Below, piece by piece: positions 45,459 to 55,086 of a stretch of DNA of 64,000 nucleotides. The DNA lies in assembly GCA_035717485.1 (NCBI GenBank), contig DASTIQ010000071.1:4651-68650 (forward strand), in the 5' to 3' direction. The translations under genes were made by a program, and so were the position numbers. Position 1 is the first letter of the stretch, and every line of letters begins with the position of its first letter. Under the pieces are notes generated by a model. That model ran no database searches. It saw nothing but the letters and a program-made list of their open reading frames with translations, and was not told where the DNA came from. Source of the stretch: Thermoanaerobaculia bacterium. Its GTDB lineage: Bacteria > Acidobacteriota > Thermoanaerobaculia > UBA5066 > DATFVB01.

Positions 45459-46224
45459 GGGCGACACGATCTCCCGCGCCGCCTTCACCCTCCGCCGCGC
45501 GCTCGCCGGACAGACCGTCCGGAGCTTCCGTTCGGTCGCCGGGAACGGAGCGCTGGCCGGCCGCCGCATCGAAGCCGTCGAGTCGGCGGGCAAGAATCTC
45601 CTCGTGCGATTCGACGACGGCCGGATGCTTCGAACGCACATGCGGATGCACGGTTCGTGGCATCTCTATCGCCCGGGCGAGGCGTGGCGGAAACCCGCCG
45701 GCTTTGCGCGCGTCGTTCTCGAGACGGACGACTGGACGGCCGTCTGTTTCTCGGCTCCCGTCGTCGAGATCCTGCGCGCCGGAGAGGAACGTTCCCATCC
45801 CGCTCTCTCGCGTCTGGGACCCGACATCGTCGGCGGCGCCTTCGACGCGGACGAGGCGATCGCGCGGCTGCGGCGCCATCCCGAGCTCGAGATCGGCGAC
45901 GTGCTCCTGCGGCAGGACGCGATCTCGGGAATCGGAAACATCTGGAAGTCGGAGACGCTCTTTCGCTGTCGGGTCGATCCCTTCGCCCGGGTCGCCTCGC
46001 TCCCCGACCGCGCCCTTTCGGAGATCGTGTCGACGGCGCGACGGCTGATGGCGGCGCGCGCGGGCGCGGCGAGCGATCCCCGGCGGACGACGCTCGCGGG
46101 GTGGGCCGTGTATCGACGGAGCGGCCGGCCGTGCCGCCGGTGCGGGACGGCGGTCGCGATGCGCCGCCAGGGGCGGGACCGGAGAAGCACGTACTACTGC
46201 CCGGGCTGCCAGGGGACGCCGTGA
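45451..46224 (+). CDS. nei: Fpg/Nei family DNA glycosylase (endonuclease VIII-like)
   Basis: N-terminal MPEGDT catalytic start, H2TH region (GIGNIWKSETLFRCRVDP) and C-terminal zinc finger CRRCG...YYCPGCQ. It overlaps lhr by 8 nt. Confidence 0.88.
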   Translation: MPEGDTISRAAFTLRRALAGQTVRSFRSVAGNGALAGRRIEAVESAGKNLLVRFDDGRMLRTHMRMHGSWHLYRPGEAWRKPAGFARVVLETDDWTAVCFSAPVVEILRAGEERSHPALSRLGPDIVGGAFDADEAIARLRRHPELEIGDVLLRQDAISGIGNIWKSETLFRCRVDPFARVASLPDRALSEIVSTARRLMAARAGAASDPRRTTLAGWAVYRRSGRPCRRCGTAVAMRRQGRDRRSTYYCPGCQGTP

Positions 46225-46937
46225 CGCGGCGAATCTCCGGCACCCGCCGCTATGCCCTCCTCCTCGCGAAGGTCGCGAAGCGCTTCGGTCGGATCGCCGC
46301 CCGGAACCGCGGACAGGTCTCGTGCCGCGCCGGGTGCTTCGGATGCTGCGTCGGTGTCTTCGAGATCTCTTCGCTCGACGCGGCGCTCGCGGCACGCGGT
46401 CTCGCGAAGCTGCCGAAAGCGCGCCGCGAGGCGATCGCGCGGCGCGGCGAGGCGATCGCCCGCCGGATCGCCGGGACCTTTCCCGGCGATCCCGCCACCC
46501 TGGTCCTCGACGTCCGCCGCGAGGAGACGTGGGACGCGTTCTTCGAGACGACGACCGGAATCGCCTGTCCCTTCCTCGAGCCGGTCGATGGTCGCGCCCG
46601 CACCACCGCCGCGTCGGCGGCGCGAGCGCGTCGCTGGCCTCAGGGATTCGCCTGCGCGATCTACGCCGACCGTCCGCATGCCTGCCGCACGTTCGGCCTG
46701 CCGCTCGCGGACCGCGGAGAGATCGTTTCGGACCCGTGCCGGCTGAACTTTCGCGGCTCTTCTCCGGCCGCGATCGCGGCGGCCGCGCTTCCCCTCTACG
46801 AGCCGGAGGAAGAGGAGATCGCCCGCACCGCGCAGGCCGAAGAAGCGCTGCCCGTAGACGCCGCCACGATTCTCCCCGCCGTCGCGGCGGGAAGGTTCCC
46901 GTTCGCGCCTATTTCGAGTAAGAGATCCGGTAGATAG
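46221..46937 (+). CDS. YkgJ family cysteine-cluster protein (UPF0153)
   Basis: The GTG at 46221 overlaps the nei stop (GTGA). Motif CRAGCFGCCVG with later CPFL and ACAIYADRPHACR. Confidence 0.7.
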   Translation: MTRRISGTRRYALLLAKVAKRFGRIAARNRGQVSCRAGCFGCCVGVFEISSLDAALAARGLAKLPKARREAIARRGEAIARRIAGTFPGDPATLVLDVRREETWDAFFETTTGIACPFLEPVDGRARTTAASAARARRWPQGFACAIYADRPHACRTFGLPLADRGEIVSDPCRLNFRGSSPAAIAAAALPLYEPEEEEIARTAQAEEALPVDAATILPAVAAGRFPFAPISSKRSGR

Positions 46938-48021
46938 CGCCCGCCTGGTCGTCCGAAACGAGAAGGGATCCGTCCGGCATCACGAGCACGTCGACGGGCC
47001 GTCCCCAGGCGTGCTCTCCCTCGAGCCATCCTTCGGCGAACGGCGCGTACGCCGCCGCGCGGCCGTTCTTCACGGTCACCGTCGTGACGCGGTAGCCCGC
47101 CTTCCGGCTGCGGTTCCACGAACCGTGCTCGGCGATGAAGATCCGGCCGCGGTATTCGGGCGGGAACATCGCGCCGGCGTAGAAGCGCATCCCGAGAGAC
47201 GCCACGTGCGCGCCGAGCTTCTGCTCCGGCGGCGTGAACTGCGAACAGGGATGCTTCCCGCCCAGATCGGGATCGGGAATCGAGCCCCCGTGGCAGTAGG
47301 GAAAGCCGAAGTTCATTCCGGCCCGCGGGGCGCGGTTCAGCTCGTCGGGCGGCGCGTCGTCTCCGAGCCAGTCCCGCCCGTTGTCGGTGAACCAGAGCTC
47401 TTTCGACGCCGGATCCCAGTCGAATCCCACGCTGTTCCGGATGCCCCGCGCGAACACCTCGAGCCCGGAACCGTCGGGATGCATCCGCATGATGGTTCCA
47501 TACGGGTCGGGCTTCTCGCAGACGTTGCAGGGGACTCCGATCCCGAAATAGAGCTGTCCGTCGGGGCCGAAGCGGATCACCTTCAGGCCGTGCCCCTCTT
47601 CGGGCGGAAGCGCCTTCGTCACGAGAGAAGGGCGGCGCGGCGCCTCGAGCGTCTTCTCGATGTCGTCGAAGCGCCAGATCCGGCTGATCTCGGCGACGTA
47701 CAGCGCACCGTCCCGGACGGCGACGCCGTTCGGGGCATGGAGGTCCCGCGCCACGGTCACGATCTGCTCCGCCTTCGGGGCGCCCGTGCGGTTCCTCAAC
47801 GCGTAGACGTTGCCGTCGCTCGTTCCGACGAACACCGTTCCCGACGGCGCGAGCGCCATCGACCGGGCCCGAGGCACCGGATCGGCGTACACGTCGATGT
47901 GGAAACCGGGAGGAAGCCGGATCCGATCGAGCGGGAGACGTCGGGCCGCGGACGCGGAGGCCGCCGCGCCGAGAAAGGCCGCGGCGGCCAGCGCAACGAT
48001 TCTCCGGACCCTTCGCTCCAC
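46909..48021 (-). CDS. PQQ-dependent sugar (sorbosone/glucose) dehydrogenase, secreted
   Basis: Signal peptide. Beta-propeller motifs APNGVAV, GPDGQLYFGIG, RNSVGFDWDP, LWFTDNGRD, NFGFPYCHG, HVASLGMRFY. Confidence 0.82.
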   Translation of the reverse strand: MERRVRRIVALAAAAFLGAAASASAARRLPLDRIRLPPGFHIDVYADPVPRARSMALAPSGTVFVGTSDGNVYALRNRTGAPKAEQIVTVARDLHAPNGVAVRDGALYVAEISRIWRFDDIEKTLEAPRRPSLVTKALPPEEGHGLKVIRFGPDGQLYFGIGVPCNVCEKPDPYGTIMRMHPDGSGLEVFARGIRNSVGFDWDPASKELWFTDNGRDWLGDDAPPDELNRAPRAGMNFGFPYCHGGSIPDPDLGGKHPCSQFTPPEQKLGAHVASLGMRFYAGAMFPPEYRGRIFIAEHGSWNRSRKAGYRVTTVTVKNGRAAAYAPFAEGWLEGEHAWGRPVDVLVMPDGSLLVSDDQAGAIYRISYSK

Positions 48022-48088
48022 CGCGGCGAGGATAGCCGATCCGGCCGTACCGAAGCGCGCCGTCTATGATTCCGGAAGGAGGAGAACC

Positions 48089-48565
48089 ATGAAGATCGGC
48101 CGATGGATGTGGACCTTTTCCCTTGCCGCGCTGCTGGGCGCTCCGGCGCTCTTCGCCGCCGCCCCCTCGGGCGCGTCGGTGGTCGAGGGGGAATGGCTCC
48201 GGGCGATGAAGGCGAACGACCTCGAAGCAATCGTCGCGTGCTACGCGCCCGACGCGATCCTCTGGGCGCCCGGGCGCGCGGAAGCCCGGGGCACGAACGC
48301 GATCCGGGAAGCGTACCGGGGATATCTCACCGAGAGCGTCGTGAAGGACGTATCCCTCGCCCACGTCGATCATCGCGATGCGGCCGGTTTCTCGGCGGGA
48401 TGGGGAGAATTCACGCTGACGCTCGCCCCGAAGGCCGGCGGGGACCCGATCGTGATGCGCGGACGGTTCACGGAAGTCGTCGAGAAACTTGGCGGGAAGT
48501 GGCTCTACGTCGCCGACCACGCGTCGGCGGATCCCGCTCCGGCGCCGGCGCCCGCCTCGAAGTGA
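48089..48565 (+). CDS. SnoaL-like / DUF4440 (NTF2-fold) secreted protein
   Basis: ATG at 48089 after GGAAGGAGGAG. Signal peptide, then EWLRAMKANDLEAIVACYAPDAILWAPG...GRFTEVVEKLGGKWLYVADH. Confidence 0.65.
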   Translation: MKIGRWMWTFSLAALLGAPALFAAAPSGASVVEGEWLRAMKANDLEAIVACYAPDAILWAPGRAEARGTNAIREAYRGYLTESVVKDVSLAHVDHRDAAGFSAGWGEFTLTLAPKAGGDPIVMRGRFTEVVEKLGGKWLYVADHASADPAPAPAPASK

Positions 48566-48623
48566 CCCGCTCTGCCGGCGCGCGCGGCGCGACGCCGCGC
48601 GCCGGCCCGGGCGGCCTTCCGCG

Positions 48624-48995
48624 TCAGCGCCGTCGACGCGGGCCCGCCGGCGAACCGAGCAGTCGCGCCTGCGACGATGCCCGGGCCTGCAATCCCCGGC
48701 AGACCGCGTCGCACAGCGCGAAGACGGCGGGGTCGGACACCGACCAGTAAGCGCTCGTCCCTTCCGTCCGACGCTGGACGAACCCCGCCTCGCGAAGGGC
48801 CTTCAGCTGCTTGCTCACGTTCGGCTGGCTCGCGCGGAGCGACGCGGTGAGATCCCCGACGTTCCTCTCCTCGTGCTCGAGCGCCTGCAGGATCCGGAGG
48901 CGGAGCGGGTCCGCGAGCGTCCGGAATCGGGCCGCGACGAGCGCGAGCGCGTCCGGCGACAGCGCCCCGATGCCGTTTCTTCCCATCGTCGCCAT
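48624..48995 (-). CDS. ArsR/SmtB family transcriptional regulator
   Basis: Winged-HTH core LADPLRLRILQALEHEERNVGDLTASLRASQPNVSKQLKALREAGFV. There is no ELCVCDL-type metal site, but a C-terminal Cys pair is present (LCDAVC). Confidence 0.85.
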   Translation of the reverse strand: MATMGRNGIGALSPDALALVAARFRTLADPLRLRILQALEHEERNVGDLTASLRASQPNVSKQLKALREAGFVQRRTEGTSAYWSVSDPAVFALCDAVCRGLQARASSQARLLGSPAGPRRRR

Positions 48996-49017
48996 CCTAG
49001 CACATATTTACTTTATT

Positions 49018-49035
49018 CTTATATTTGAATATAAG
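49018..49035. promoter_or_regulatory. candidate ArsR-type operator palindrome in the divergent promoter
   Basis: CTTATAT-TTGA-ATATAAG: perfect 7-bp arms inside the only strongly AT-rich stretch of the window (48996-49043), between the arsR-like gene and the efflux operon. Confidence 0.5.
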
Positions 49036-49106
49036 AGCCACCCATGCGAGACGCTGATTCATTCGCATTAAGACGGGAGCGGCCTTTCGCGGGAAGATCC
49101 GGGGCG

Positions 49107-50444
49107 ATGACGAGGTTCCGACAGCTCGGCCTTCTCGCCGCTCTCGCGAGCGCCGGACTCGCGATGCCGGCCGCCGGCGAGCCCCCGGCGGGATCGCCCC
49201 TTTCCCTGTCCGACGCGATCGCGATCGCCCGGCAGGCTTCCCCGGCGGCCGCGGCGGCGCACGCGCGGGCCCGTTCGTCCGAGGATCAGTCCCGCGCCGC
49301 CTCCCTCTTCTGGGCGCCGGACCTCGCGATCGACTCCGTCTGGGACCGCACGGAAGTGCCCGCCCGCGCTTTCGCGCAGAAGCTCAACCGCGGCGAGTTC
49401 ACCGCGGACGACTTCGCCCTCGACCATCTGAACTCTCCCGGCTTCGACGCGAACCTCGAGACGACGTTCGGCCTGCGGCTCCCGCTGGATCTCTTCGGCG
49501 CCGGGCGCTCGGGAAAGGCCGCCGCGCAGGCCGCCGCCCGGGCCGACGCCTCGCGGGCCGACGCGGTCGACGCGGACGTCGATCTCGAGACCATCCGGGC
49601 CTACTTCGGGGTCCGGGAGGCGGACCGGACGGCCACCGCGGCGGCGGCCTCTCTGGACGCCGCCCGGGAGCTCGAGCGGTCGGTGACCGCCCGGAAGGAA
49701 TCCGGCTCCGCCCTCGAAGCCGACGTGCTCCGGGTCCGGACGCGGCGGCGCCAGAGGGAAGTCGAGACCGCGCGCGCCCGGACGCAGGTGGAGCTCGCGC
49801 GGTCGCGCCTTCGCGTCCACCTCGGCTGGGGCGGGGACGCTCCGGTCGTGCTCTCGTCGGAACCCGACGCCGAGCCGCCGCACGTTCCGCTCGAGGAGTG
49901 GCTCGCGCGCGCCGCCGCCGGAAACCCGGATCTGGCCGCGGCCACGGCCGCGGCCGCGGTTCCCGCCGCGATGGAACGCCGCGAACGCGCGGCGGGTCGC
50001 CCGGCGCTCCAGCTCTTCGGCGGCTGGCAGGACGACCGCAATTCGCTCTCCCACGGGCAGGGCAGCGCCACGGTCGAGCTTCGATTCCATTGGGCGGTCT
50101 GGGATCCGGCCCGGAGCGCGCGAAACGCCGCGGCCGCGGACGCGGCGCGCGCCGCCCGCGAGAGCCGCCGCGGGGCGGCCGACGCCGTCCGCCTCGACGT
50201 CGAAGCGCGCTGGCGCGATCTCGACGTCGCTCGCCTGGAGGCGCAGGCCGCCGCCGACGGCCGCCGCGAGGCCGCCGAGGTCTACCGCGTGTCGCGCGAG
50301 AGATGGGAAGCGGGCCGCGCCGCCCTCGTCGACCTGCTCGATGCCGAAAGCGCCGCCGCGGCCGCGGAAGCGGACGAGGCGCGCGCCTCGATTCGCGTCG
50401 CGCTCGCCCAGGCCGTCCTCGAGCGGGCGGCCGGAAAGAAGTGA
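49107..50444 (+). CDS. TolC-family outer membrane efflux protein
   Basis: Signal peptide from the ATG at 49107 (MTRFRQLGLLAALASAGLA). Two Ala/Arg-rich coiled-coil repeats with the beta-barrel segments typical of OEP family proteins. The track ORF starts at 49044. Confidence 0.75.
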   Translation: MTRFRQLGLLAALASAGLAMPAAGEPPAGSPLSLSDAIAIARQASPAAAAAHARARSSEDQSRAASLFWAPDLAIDSVWDRTEVPARAFAQKLNRGEFTADDFALDHLNSPGFDANLETTFGLRLPLDLFGAGRSGKAAAQAAARADASRADAVDADVDLETIRAYFGVREADRTATAAAASLDAARELERSVTARKESGSALEADVLRVRTRRRQREVETARARTQVELARSRLRVHLGWGGDAPVVLSSEPDAEPPHVPLEEWLARAAAGNPDLAAATAAAAVPAAMERRERAAGRPALQLFGGWQDDRNSLSHGQGSATVELRFHWAVWDPARSARNAAAADAARAARESRRGAADAVRLDVEARWRDLDVARLEAQAAADGRREAAEVYRVSRERWEAGRAALVDLLDAESAAAAAEADEARASIRVALAQAVLERAAGKK

Positions 50445-50449
50445 AGAAC

Positions 50450-51472
50450 ATGCCGCGTCTGGCCGGAGTCCTCTTTCTCCTGGGGATCGGGGCCGCGATC
50501 CCCGCGTGCCGCAGGGCCACCTCTCCCCCCGAAGCCGCCCGGGCCGCCGTCCCGGTTCCCGTCGCGGCGGTGCGCGAGACCCGGGGAGGCGCGCGCTCGG
50601 TGCCCGGCGTCGTCGCCGCGAAGGAACGCGCGGAGATCGCCTCCCGCTCGTCGGCCGAAGTCCTCCGCGTCCTCGTCACCGAGGGCTCGCGCGTGCGCCG
50701 GGGCGAGCGGCTCGCCGAGCTCGACGCGCGCGAGCTGTCCGCCCGGATCGACGCCGCGCGGGCGGCGCTCACCGCCGCCGCCGCCGAGAAATCGCGCACC
50801 GACCGCCTCGCCGCGACCGGCGCGGCGACCGCCCGGGAAAAGGAGATCGCCGATTCCGGCGAGGCCGCGGCGAGAGCTTCGCTCGCCGAGGCCGAAGCGG
50901 CCGGGCCTTACCTGCACGTGGAGGCGCCGTTCTCCGGGACCGTCGCGGCCGTGCCGATCCACGCGGGAGACCGGGTCTCCCCCGGCCAGCCGCTCCTCGT
51001 CGTCGAGTCGGACGCCGGTTTCGAGGCTCAGGCTTCCGTGGAGGCCGACGCGGCCGGGAGGCTGCGGCCCGGGACGCCGGTGGCCGTCCGCGTCGACGGG
51101 ATCCTCGCCACGCTCCCCGGGACGGTCCGCGCGGTGTCTCCCTCCGGGGACCCCCAGACCCATCGCTTTCTCGTCCGCGCGGATCTCCCCCGGGACGAAC
51201 GGCTGAAATCCGGCCTGTTCGCCGCGCTCGAGATCCCCGATCCGGCCGCTCCGGCTCGCCGGCTCGTTCCGGCGTCCGCGATCGTGGAGCGAGGCGGGTT
51301 GACGGGCGTCTTCGTCGTCGCCGCGGGGCGGGCCACGCTCCGCTGGATCGACGCCGGGCCGCGCGAAGGGGGCGACGTCGCGGTTCGCGCGGGGCTGGCC
51401 CCCGGCGAAACCGTCGCGCTCGCGCCCGAGGGGCTGACCGACGGGGCGCCCGTGGAGGCCGTTCCGCGATGA
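50450..51472 (+). CDS. efflux RND transporter periplasmic adaptor (MFP/HlyD family) lipoprotein
   Basis: Lipobox LLGIGAAIPAC. Lipoyl/beta-barrel motifs (RVRRGERLAELD, VEAPFSGTVAAVPIHAGDRVSPGQPLLVV). Confidence 0.85.
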   Translation: MPRLAGVLFLLGIGAAIPACRRATSPPEAARAAVPVPVAAVRETRGGARSVPGVVAAKERAEIASRSSAEVLRVLVTEGSRVRRGERLAELDARELSARIDAARAALTAAAAEKSRTDRLAATGAATAREKEIADSGEAAARASLAEAEAAGPYLHVEAPFSGTVAAVPIHAGDRVSPGQPLLVVESDAGFEAQASVEADAAGRLRPGTPVAVRVDGILATLPGTVRAVSPSGDPQTHRFLVRADLPRDERLKSGLFAALEIPDPAAPARRLVPASAIVERGGLTGVFVVAAGRATLRWIDAGPREGGDVAVRAGLAPGETVALAPEGLTDGAPVEAVPR

Positions 51473-54400
51473 GCGACCGGCGCGGCATCGCCGGGGCGCT
51501 GGCGCGGACGTTCCTGCACAGCAAGGTCACGCCGCTCCTGATCGCGGGCGCCATCGGGCTCGGTTTCCTGTCGCTCGCCGTCACGCCGCGCGAGGAGGAG
51601 CCCCAGATCCGCGTGCCGATGGTCGACGTCTTCGCCGCGGACCCCGGCGCTCCTCCGGAGGAGGTTTCGCGGCGGGTGGTCGAGCCGATCGAGAAAGCGA
51701 TGTGGGGAATCGCCGGCGTCGACCACGTCTATTCGACCGCGCGGGAGGACGGAGCGCTCGTCACCGTGCGATTCCGCGTCAACGAATCGAACGAGACGTC
51801 CCTCGTGAAGGTCTTCGAACGGCTCGGCCGCCTTCGCGCGGAGCTTCCCCCGGGCGTCCCCGCGCCGGTCGTCGAGCTGAGGTCGATCGACGACGTGCCC
51901 TTCCTGACGCTCACCGTCTCCGGCGAGCGCGAGACGCCCGCGACGCTGCGCCCCCTGGCGGACGAGCTCGCGCACGAGATCGCGGAAGTCGAGAGCACGA
52001 CCCGCGTGGCGGTCACCGGAGGGGCGCCGCGCGTCGTCCGCGTCGAGCCCGACCCCGGGCGCCTGGCGGCCGCGGGCCTCACGTGGGAGGACGTGCGCGC
52101 GGCGCTCGCCGGGGCGCAGGCGAGGCTCCCCGCGGGCTCCGCCACGGAGGACGGACGCGTCGTCCGGATCGAAAGCGGCGCGCTCTTCGCCGACGGCCGC
52201 GACGTCGCGCGGGCGGTCGTGGGGGTCCGGGGGCGGGCTCCCATCACGCTCGCCGAGGTGGCGCGGATCGTCGACGGCCCGGCCGAGACGGCCGACTACG
52301 TCCTCGCGGGGGACCGGAAGACGCCGCTCGCCCCCGCCGTCACGATTTCGGTCGCGAAGCGGCCGGGCACGAACGCCACCCTCCTCTCGCGCCGGGTCCT
52401 CGCGAAGGTCGACGCGCTCCGGTCGCGCCTCCTCCCCGCCGGCGTCCGCGTTTCGATCACCCGCGACTACGGAAAGACCGCGGACGAGAAGGCGAACGAG
52501 CTCGTCCAGCACCTGCTCCTCGCGACGCTCTCGGTCACGATCCTGATCGCGCTCGCGATGGGGTGGCGAAGCGCCGTGGTCGTCGCGATCGCCGTCCCCG
52601 TCACGCTGGCGCTGACCCTTTTCGTGTATTACCTCTTCGGCTACACGCTGAACCGCGTCACCCTCTTCGCCCTGATCTTCTCGATCGGCATCCTGGTCGA
52701 CGACGCGATCGTCGTGGTCGAGAACATCGAGCGCCACCACCGCGAACGGCCCGCCGAACCGCTCTCGGTCCTCGCGGTGCACGCGGTCGCCGAGGTCGGC
52801 GCCCCGACGATCCTCGCCACCTTCACGGTCATCGCGGCGATCCTCCCGATGGCCTTCGTCCGGGGCCTCATGGGCCCGTACATGAAGCCGATCCCGACGG
52901 GGGCCTCCTTCGCGATGATCTTCTCTCTCGCCGTCGCCTTCGTCGTGTCGCCGTGGGCGGCCGTCCGGATCTTCCGGAACGCGCACGAGGTGCCGGAAGG
53001 CTCGAAGGGCGCGGAAGGGAAAGCGACGAAGCTCTACCGACGGATGATGGGCTCGCTCATCGGGAACGCGCGCCGGCGACGGTTCTTCTTCGCCGGCATC
53101 GCCGTGCTCCTCCTCGCGTCGGTGGCGACGGTCGCGTTCGGATGGGTGCGGGTGAAGATGCTCCCCTTCGACAACAAGAGCGAGTTCCAGGTGCTCGTCG
53201 ACGAGGACGAAGGCACGCCGCTCGAGGACACCCTCGAGACCGCCGTCCGCGTCGGCCGGGTGCTGGGGACGGTCCCCGAGGTCGCGAACTACCAGATCTA
53301 CGCGGGCGCTCCGGCTCCGTTCAACTTCAACGGCCTCGTCCGTCATTACTTCCTGCGGCGGGAGCCGAACCGGGCCGACCTCCAGGTCAACCTCCTCCCG
53401 AAGGGGAAGCGGTCGGCCCAGAGCCACGACATCGCCAAGCGCGTCCGTACGCTCCTCGCGCCGATCGGGCGCGAACGCGGCGCGCGGATCAAGGTGGTCG
53501 AGATCCCGCCGGGTCCTCCGGTGCTCGACACCCTGCTGGCCGAGGTCTACGGTCCGGACGACGGCGCGCGGCGCGATCTCGCGGGGAGGATCCGAGGATT
53601 CTTCGAGACGACGCCCGGCGTCGTCGACGTGGACTGGAGCCTCGAGGCTCCGCACGCGAAGGAGGTCCTCCGGATCGACGCCGAAAAGGCGGCGGTGCAC
53701 GGGATCGCCGCCGCCCAGGCGGCCGCCATGCTCTCCGTCTCCGGCGAAGGCGAGGCCGTGGGAACGCTCGATCTCCCCCGCCGGCGCGAGCCGGTGCCCG
53801 TCCTCCTCCGGCTCTCCGCCGCCGACCGCGACGACCCGGCTCGCCGCCTCGCCCTCCGAATCGCGTCGAGGACCGGCGGCGCAGTCGCGCTCTCCGACCT
53901 CGCGACGGCCGCCTCGATTCCTTCGCCGCAGCCGGTCGTTCACAAGGACCTGAAGCCCGTCGTCTACGTCTTCGGCGATCTGGCCGGTGAGAAGGAGAGC
54001 CCGGTCTACGCGCTCGCCGCCCTGAACCGCAAGATCGACGCGATTCGCCTTCCGCTCGGCGGGCGCGTTCGGCGCTACTCGGTCCAGGCGCCCGAGACGA
54101 GCGACTTTCCGGCCGTCAAGTGGGACGGCGAATGGCAGATCACCTACGAGGTGTTCCGCGACCTCGGCCTGGCGTTCGCGATCGTGCTCGTGCTGATCAC
54201 GCTCCTCGTCGTGGCCTGGTTCCAGAGCTTCCGGACTCCGATCGCGATCCTCCTTCCGATCCCTCTTTCGCTGATCGGCATCCTTCCCGGCCACCTGCTC
54301 TTCGGGGCGTTCTTCACGGCCACGTCGATGATCGGGTTCATCGCCGGCGCCGGGATCATCGTGCGCAACTCGATCATCCTCGTCGACTTCATCGAGCTGA

Positions 54401-54660
54401 AGGTGCGCGCCGGCATGCCGCTCGAGGAGGCGGTCGTGGAGGCCGGTGCGGTCCGGTTCCGGCCGATGCTCCTCACGGCCGCGGCCGTGGTCGCCGGCTC
54501 CGTGGTCATCCTCTTCGACCCGATCTTCCAGGGCCTGGCGATCTCGCTCATGATGGGAGAAGTCGCCGCGACGCTGCTCTCCCGGATGACGGTTCCCGTC
54601 CTCTATTACGTCCTCACGCGCCGACGGCCCGTCCCCGGCCCGGCGGCCATCGCCGCCTGA
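51469..54660 (+). CDS. efflux RND transporter permease (AcrB/HAE-like)
   Basis: The ATG overlaps the MFP stop (ATGA). 1063 aa with 12 TM helices. TM4 motif ALIFSIGILVDDAIVVVENIERH is HAE-type rather than CzcA-type. Confidence 0.9.
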   Translation: MSDRRGIAGALARTFLHSKVTPLLIAGAIGLGFLSLAVTPREEEPQIRVPMVDVFAADPGAPPEEVSRRVVEPIEKAMWGIAGVDHVYSTAREDGALVTVRFRVNESNETSLVKVFERLGRLRAELPPGVPAPVVELRSIDDVPFLTLTVSGERETPATLRPLADELAHEIAEVESTTRVAVTGGAPRVVRVEPDPGRLAAAGLTWEDVRAALAGAQARLPAGSATEDGRVVRIESGALFADGRDVARAVVGVRGRAPITLAEVARIVDGPAETADYVLAGDRKTPLAPAVTISVAKRPGTNATLLSRRVLAKVDALRSRLLPAGVRVSITRDYGKTADEKANELVQHLLLATLSVTILIALAMGWRSAVVVAIAVPVTLALTLFVYYLFGYTLNRVTLFALIFSIGILVDDAIVVVENIERHHRERPAEPLSVLAVHAVAEVGAPTILATFTVIAAILPMAFVRGLMGPYMKPIPTGASFAMIFSLAVAFVVSPWAAVRIFRNAHEVPEGSKGAEGKATKLYRRMMGSLIGNARRRRFFFAGIAVLLLASVATVAFGWVRVKMLPFDNKSEFQVLVDEDEGTPLEDTLETAVRVGRVLGTVPEVANYQIYAGAPAPFNFNGLVRHYFLRREPNRADLQVNLLPKGKRSAQSHDIAKRVRTLLAPIGRERGARIKVVEIPPGPPVLDTLLAEVYGPDDGARRDLAGRIRGFFETTPGVVDVDWSLEAPHAKEVLRIDAEKAAVHGIAAAQAAAMLSVSGEGEAVGTLDLPRRREPVPVLLRLSAADRDDPARRLALRIASRTGGAVALSDLATAASIPSPQPVVHKDLKPVVYVFGDLAGEKESPVYALAALNRKIDAIRLPLGGRVRRYSVQAPETSDFPAVKWDGEWQITYEVFRDLGLAFAIVLVLITLLVVAWFQSFRTPIAILLPIPLSLIGILPGHLLFGAFFTATSMIGFIAGAGIIVRNSIILVDFIELKVRAGMPLEEAVVEAGAVRFRPMLLTAAAVVAGSVVILFDPIFQGLAISLMMGEVAATLLSRMTVPVLYYVLTRRRPVPGPAAIAA

Positions 54661-54677
54661 ATTCAAAGGAGGTCATC

Positions 54678-55067
54678 ATGAAACGGAAACTCGCGCTTCT
54701 CTCGATCGCGACGCTGCTCGCGGCCGCCGCCTTCGCGCAGCCGCCGGCATCGCCCGGCTACGACGCCTCCAAGGAACGGCATCTCGCCGGAACCGTGGAA
54801 GCCGTCACGGAAGTTCCGGGCGGCAACCGCGGCGGCGGTCTCCACGTCACGCTCGCATCGGGAAAGGACCGATGGGAGGTGCGTCTCGGCCCGAAGGACT
54901 TCTCGCGCGGCATCGGGCTCGAGCCCGCGAAGGGCGATTCGTGGGAGGTCACGGGGTCGGCCGAAAAGACGAAGGTCCTCATCGCCCGCGAGATCCGCAA
55001 GGGAGACAAGACCTACCGGCTGCGCGACGCTCGGGGATTCCCCCTGTGGTCTCACGGACGGCGTTGA
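54678..55067 (+). CDS. small secreted protein of unknown function
   Basis: AGGAGG RBS and a signal peptide (MKRKLALLSIATLLAAAAFAQ). About 105-aa mature beta-rich domain. It lies 17 nt after the RND gene. Confidence 0.55.
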   Translation: MKRKLALLSIATLLAAAAFAQPPASPGYDASKERHLAGTVEAVTEVPGGNRGGGLHVTLASGKDRWEVRLGPKDFSRGIGLEPAKGDSWEVTGSAEKTKVLIAREIRKGDKTYRLRDARGFPLWSHGRR

Positions 55068-55086
55068 CGAAGATCGGAAAGAAAGG

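Noticed and set aside
39678-45641. A 1987-aa minus-strand ORF, the largest in the track, plus similar giants (13558..17061 plus, 51028..54666 minus, 61374..63929 minus, 34907..37456 minus).
   Set aside because: Their translations are Arg/Pro/Gly/Asp-rich with no recognisable domains. They lie antisense to genes with clear motifs (lhr, MCP, RND, nuoCD, AAA+). Only the 3' end of 39678..45641 (39678-40973) is a real gene. The rest are open frames produced by high G+C.
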